Source: Octopus bimaculoides
Taxonomy: Eukaryota
Assembly: GCF_001194135.2 (NCBI RefSeq)
Contig: NC_068981.1
Span: 93,823,013 to 93,870,435, forward strand
DNA length: 47,423 bases
Reading direction: 5' to 3'
Numbering within the stretch: the first letter of the stretch is position 1; each line of letters opens with the position of its first letter. The notes below the pieces were generated by a model. It made no database searches and was not told the DNA's origin. It worked only from the letters and a program-made list of their open reading frames with translations. A program made the translations under genes and the position numbers. Positions 45,100-47,423 of this stretch are shown here, one piece after another.

Positions 45100-46560
45100 C
45101 TAGTCGGAAAGCCCAGCTGCAGTCAATCACATCTGTAATGAGAATATAACGTGCCGCAGTTACTGAAGAACAGAGGCTGCCGTGGATATTAAAGAACAGA
45201 CACATCTTAAAAGTCCCCGAGAGAGTAAGTGGTTGAATAAGTGGTTGTGTTTGCTCTTGACGGACGCATCTTTCTACAATTCGTCCCATTCGCAAGGCAT
45301 AGTTCCAGGCCAAGCGTTGACCAAGATATGCTGTCTAATATCTGAAATATTATTAAGTGCTCATGCCTCTTCTCCAATAAGTCCTGGCCAATGGGTTGCC
45401 AACTCTCGCTTTTTATAAAAGTTTGTGGTGAACTTCAGCGTCGATGTTCTGGGAGGTGTTCTAAACGTTGACGAATATCGGCAAAGTAGTTTCTTCCTTA
45501 GGAGTTTAAACTGAGATATTAGAAACAACTTTGTTTGGAATGAATGGTATGTTCATGCCAAGGAAATAATGACAAATGTGATGGGACAGAAGGTGACGAA
45601 TCGGCAAGAGCCGTTAAAGCATCAGATGAGAAGATTCGTGGTATTTGTGGTAGTTCTCGGCATTCTGAGTTCAGATCCCGCCGAAGTCAACTTTGCCTTT
45701 CATTCTATCTGGATCTATATAAAATCCAACAACCAAATGTGATCAACCGGTGGAGGTACTGGAACGTTGGACTTGTGCCTTGCGATATCCAATCTAGCTC
45801 TTTGCGTTCTGACAACACCTACAACACTGGTGTCAAGATGTCTTGGTTTTGCCTTTCCTTGTACATGATCGATGTCATGGAAAATGGGTATCTTGCATGC
45901 ATGGGCAACTTGTTAATCTTTCACAAAATATTTTGTCTGGGCTTGCGTCTCGGAGGAGAACTTTCGAAACGCAGGCCCATAGTCAGCCTTGAGTAAACGA
46001 GGCCAAGGACTACTGGTGGAGAGGACATTTCTAGTTCGTTACAAACCATAGGGATACAGTACTGCTGTCATCGAAGCCTTCTGAAATGCGCAGGGAGAGA
46101 AGAAAGTATTCTTTGTACATGTTTTTAGCGGGAGAACATTGTTAACCAACGAAGTTATATCGAGCAACATTTGTTCCATGTAGGAAGAATTTGGCTATTA
46201 TCTGAATCTGACGTGTGAACGAAAACTTTATCGAGGATGAGTAGGCATTTTTTCTCTATCCTATGGCTATCATGCATGAGATATAGTATGGACTGAGAAC
46301 TGGAACAAGTGTTTTCCTCTTCGTCCAAGCCCACATCGACATTTTCAAATACTAATTCAAGAGGAACGCCAGATAGGAGATAAGGAGGTGTTGCCATTCA
46401 GTAAATTTGCTTAGAAGTAGGTAGGGGTGGCAAGAAAATGGGTCTGCTCTTAATACACGCTGGTAGATTGTCAGCGAGATTTTGAGAGAGGACACATGTC
46501 TATGGTAACAGAGTAGCTCGTGGTTTCTGTAGAGTTCCCCAATTGATTGCAGATGATGGT
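45100..46560 (-). mobile_element. Highly decayed LINE ORF2 remnant (I/L2/CR1-like), interrupted by a family A SINE fragment at ~45655-45715
   Basis: Minus-strand PPYLLSGVPLELVFE (RT-thumb-like YxLxGxxLExV, 46340-46390) and LVYSR(L)DYG (45971-46002, frameshifted LxRSxLDYG). Many stops. Confidence 0.45.
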
Positions 46561-46739
46561 TGTTTACGTTGAGGTACATATACGATATATTTCATATTAT
46601 TTATTCATCTGTTTGTTCTCAATTTTGCTCCTATATGACATTGTGAAACCTTACCGTATTTTAATCTGTCCTTGTAAGTACCTCACATACGTCGCCTTTG
46701 TAACAATAAAAGAAACCATTATCATAATTAAAAGTAAAA

Positions 46740-46747
46740 TAACATTG

Positions 46748-46783
<36 letters not shown>

Positions 46784-46850
46784 GTAAGAAGAAGAACAGC
46801 AACAAGAACAAGAAGAATGGTGATAGTGATGATAATGATAATAATAATGA
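46740..46850. repeat. (ATA)n/(AGA)n low-complexity repeat
   Basis: Read directly. Confidence 0.9.
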
Positions 46851-47071
46851 TTTGTTTATTAATCACAAGGCCAAATACCATGAATTAAAACATTACCAAA
46901 ATTAAAAAAATAACGTGAAAAAAATAATTCATCAAAAAGGAAATAAAATTTAATAAGGTTTGAAAAGTTGTTTTATACAGTTCTGTACGTGTATATGTGT
47001 GAATATGTGTAGATGTGTTCGTATGTGTATGCGCACGCGCAAGAGTGCGCATGTAAATGTTTGTGTGTTTA

Positions 47072-47074
<3 letters not shown>

Positions 47075-47128
<54 letters not shown>
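47075..47128. repeat. (TG)n microsatellite
   Basis: Read directly. Confidence 0.95.
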
Positions 47129-47131
<3 letters not shown>

Positions 47132-47149
47132 CGAAAAATCTTCAAAAAT

Positions 47150-47423
47150 GATACCGACGATGTTGATGCTGCTGGTGATGATGATGATGATGATGATGAC
47201 GACGTTGAGGAAGATAATGCTGATTGATGTTGACATTAATGATGATATTGCTGGCGAGGCAAACGATGATGACGGTGAAGTTGATGATGATGATGATGAT
47301 GATGACGTAATAATAATGATGGATGACGACGATAGTGATAACCATGGTTACGATGGTAATGGTGGTGGTGGTGGTGGTGCTGCTGCTGGTGGTGCTGGTG
47401 GTGCTGCTGGTGGTGCTGCTGGT
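47150..47423. repeat. (GAT)n/(GGT)n/(GCT)n low-complexity trinucleotide region
   Basis: Read directly. Confidence 0.9.

Overview
Repeat-rich, AT-rich eukaryotic draft-assembly sequence with 13 N-gaps, many flanked by (TA)n. The SINE and microsatellite landscape resembles an octopus (coleoid cephalopod) genome; this is inference from recalled repeat families, not a search. I can support no intact host protein-coding gene, rRNA, true tRNA or CRISPR array. Nearly all listed ORFs are artefacts of N-gaps, microsatellites or decayed transposons. The window holds: (i) at least six SINE-like families in dozens of copies; (ii) decayed LINE fragments (three RTE-type, one R4/Dong-like, Tx1-like, an APE-endonuclease fragment, an I/L2-like remnant); (iii) a degenerate near-full-length mariner, a duplicated hAT/ZMYM1-like transposase fragment, a Tigger-like MITE and two long-inverted-repeat MITEs; (iv) two old local duplications. 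The most interesting signals are a Penelope-type hammerhead-ribozyme motif with a very long stem II (1340-1455), a fold-back element built of mini-palindromes with a compensatory base-pair change (40856-41313), a near-perfect 82-bp inverted repeat (13099-13335), a head-to-head SINE pair able to form ~220 bp of dsRNA (24911-25380) and an RTE LINE ending in three C2H2-like fingers (43684-43975). I found no well-supported novel multi-gene system.
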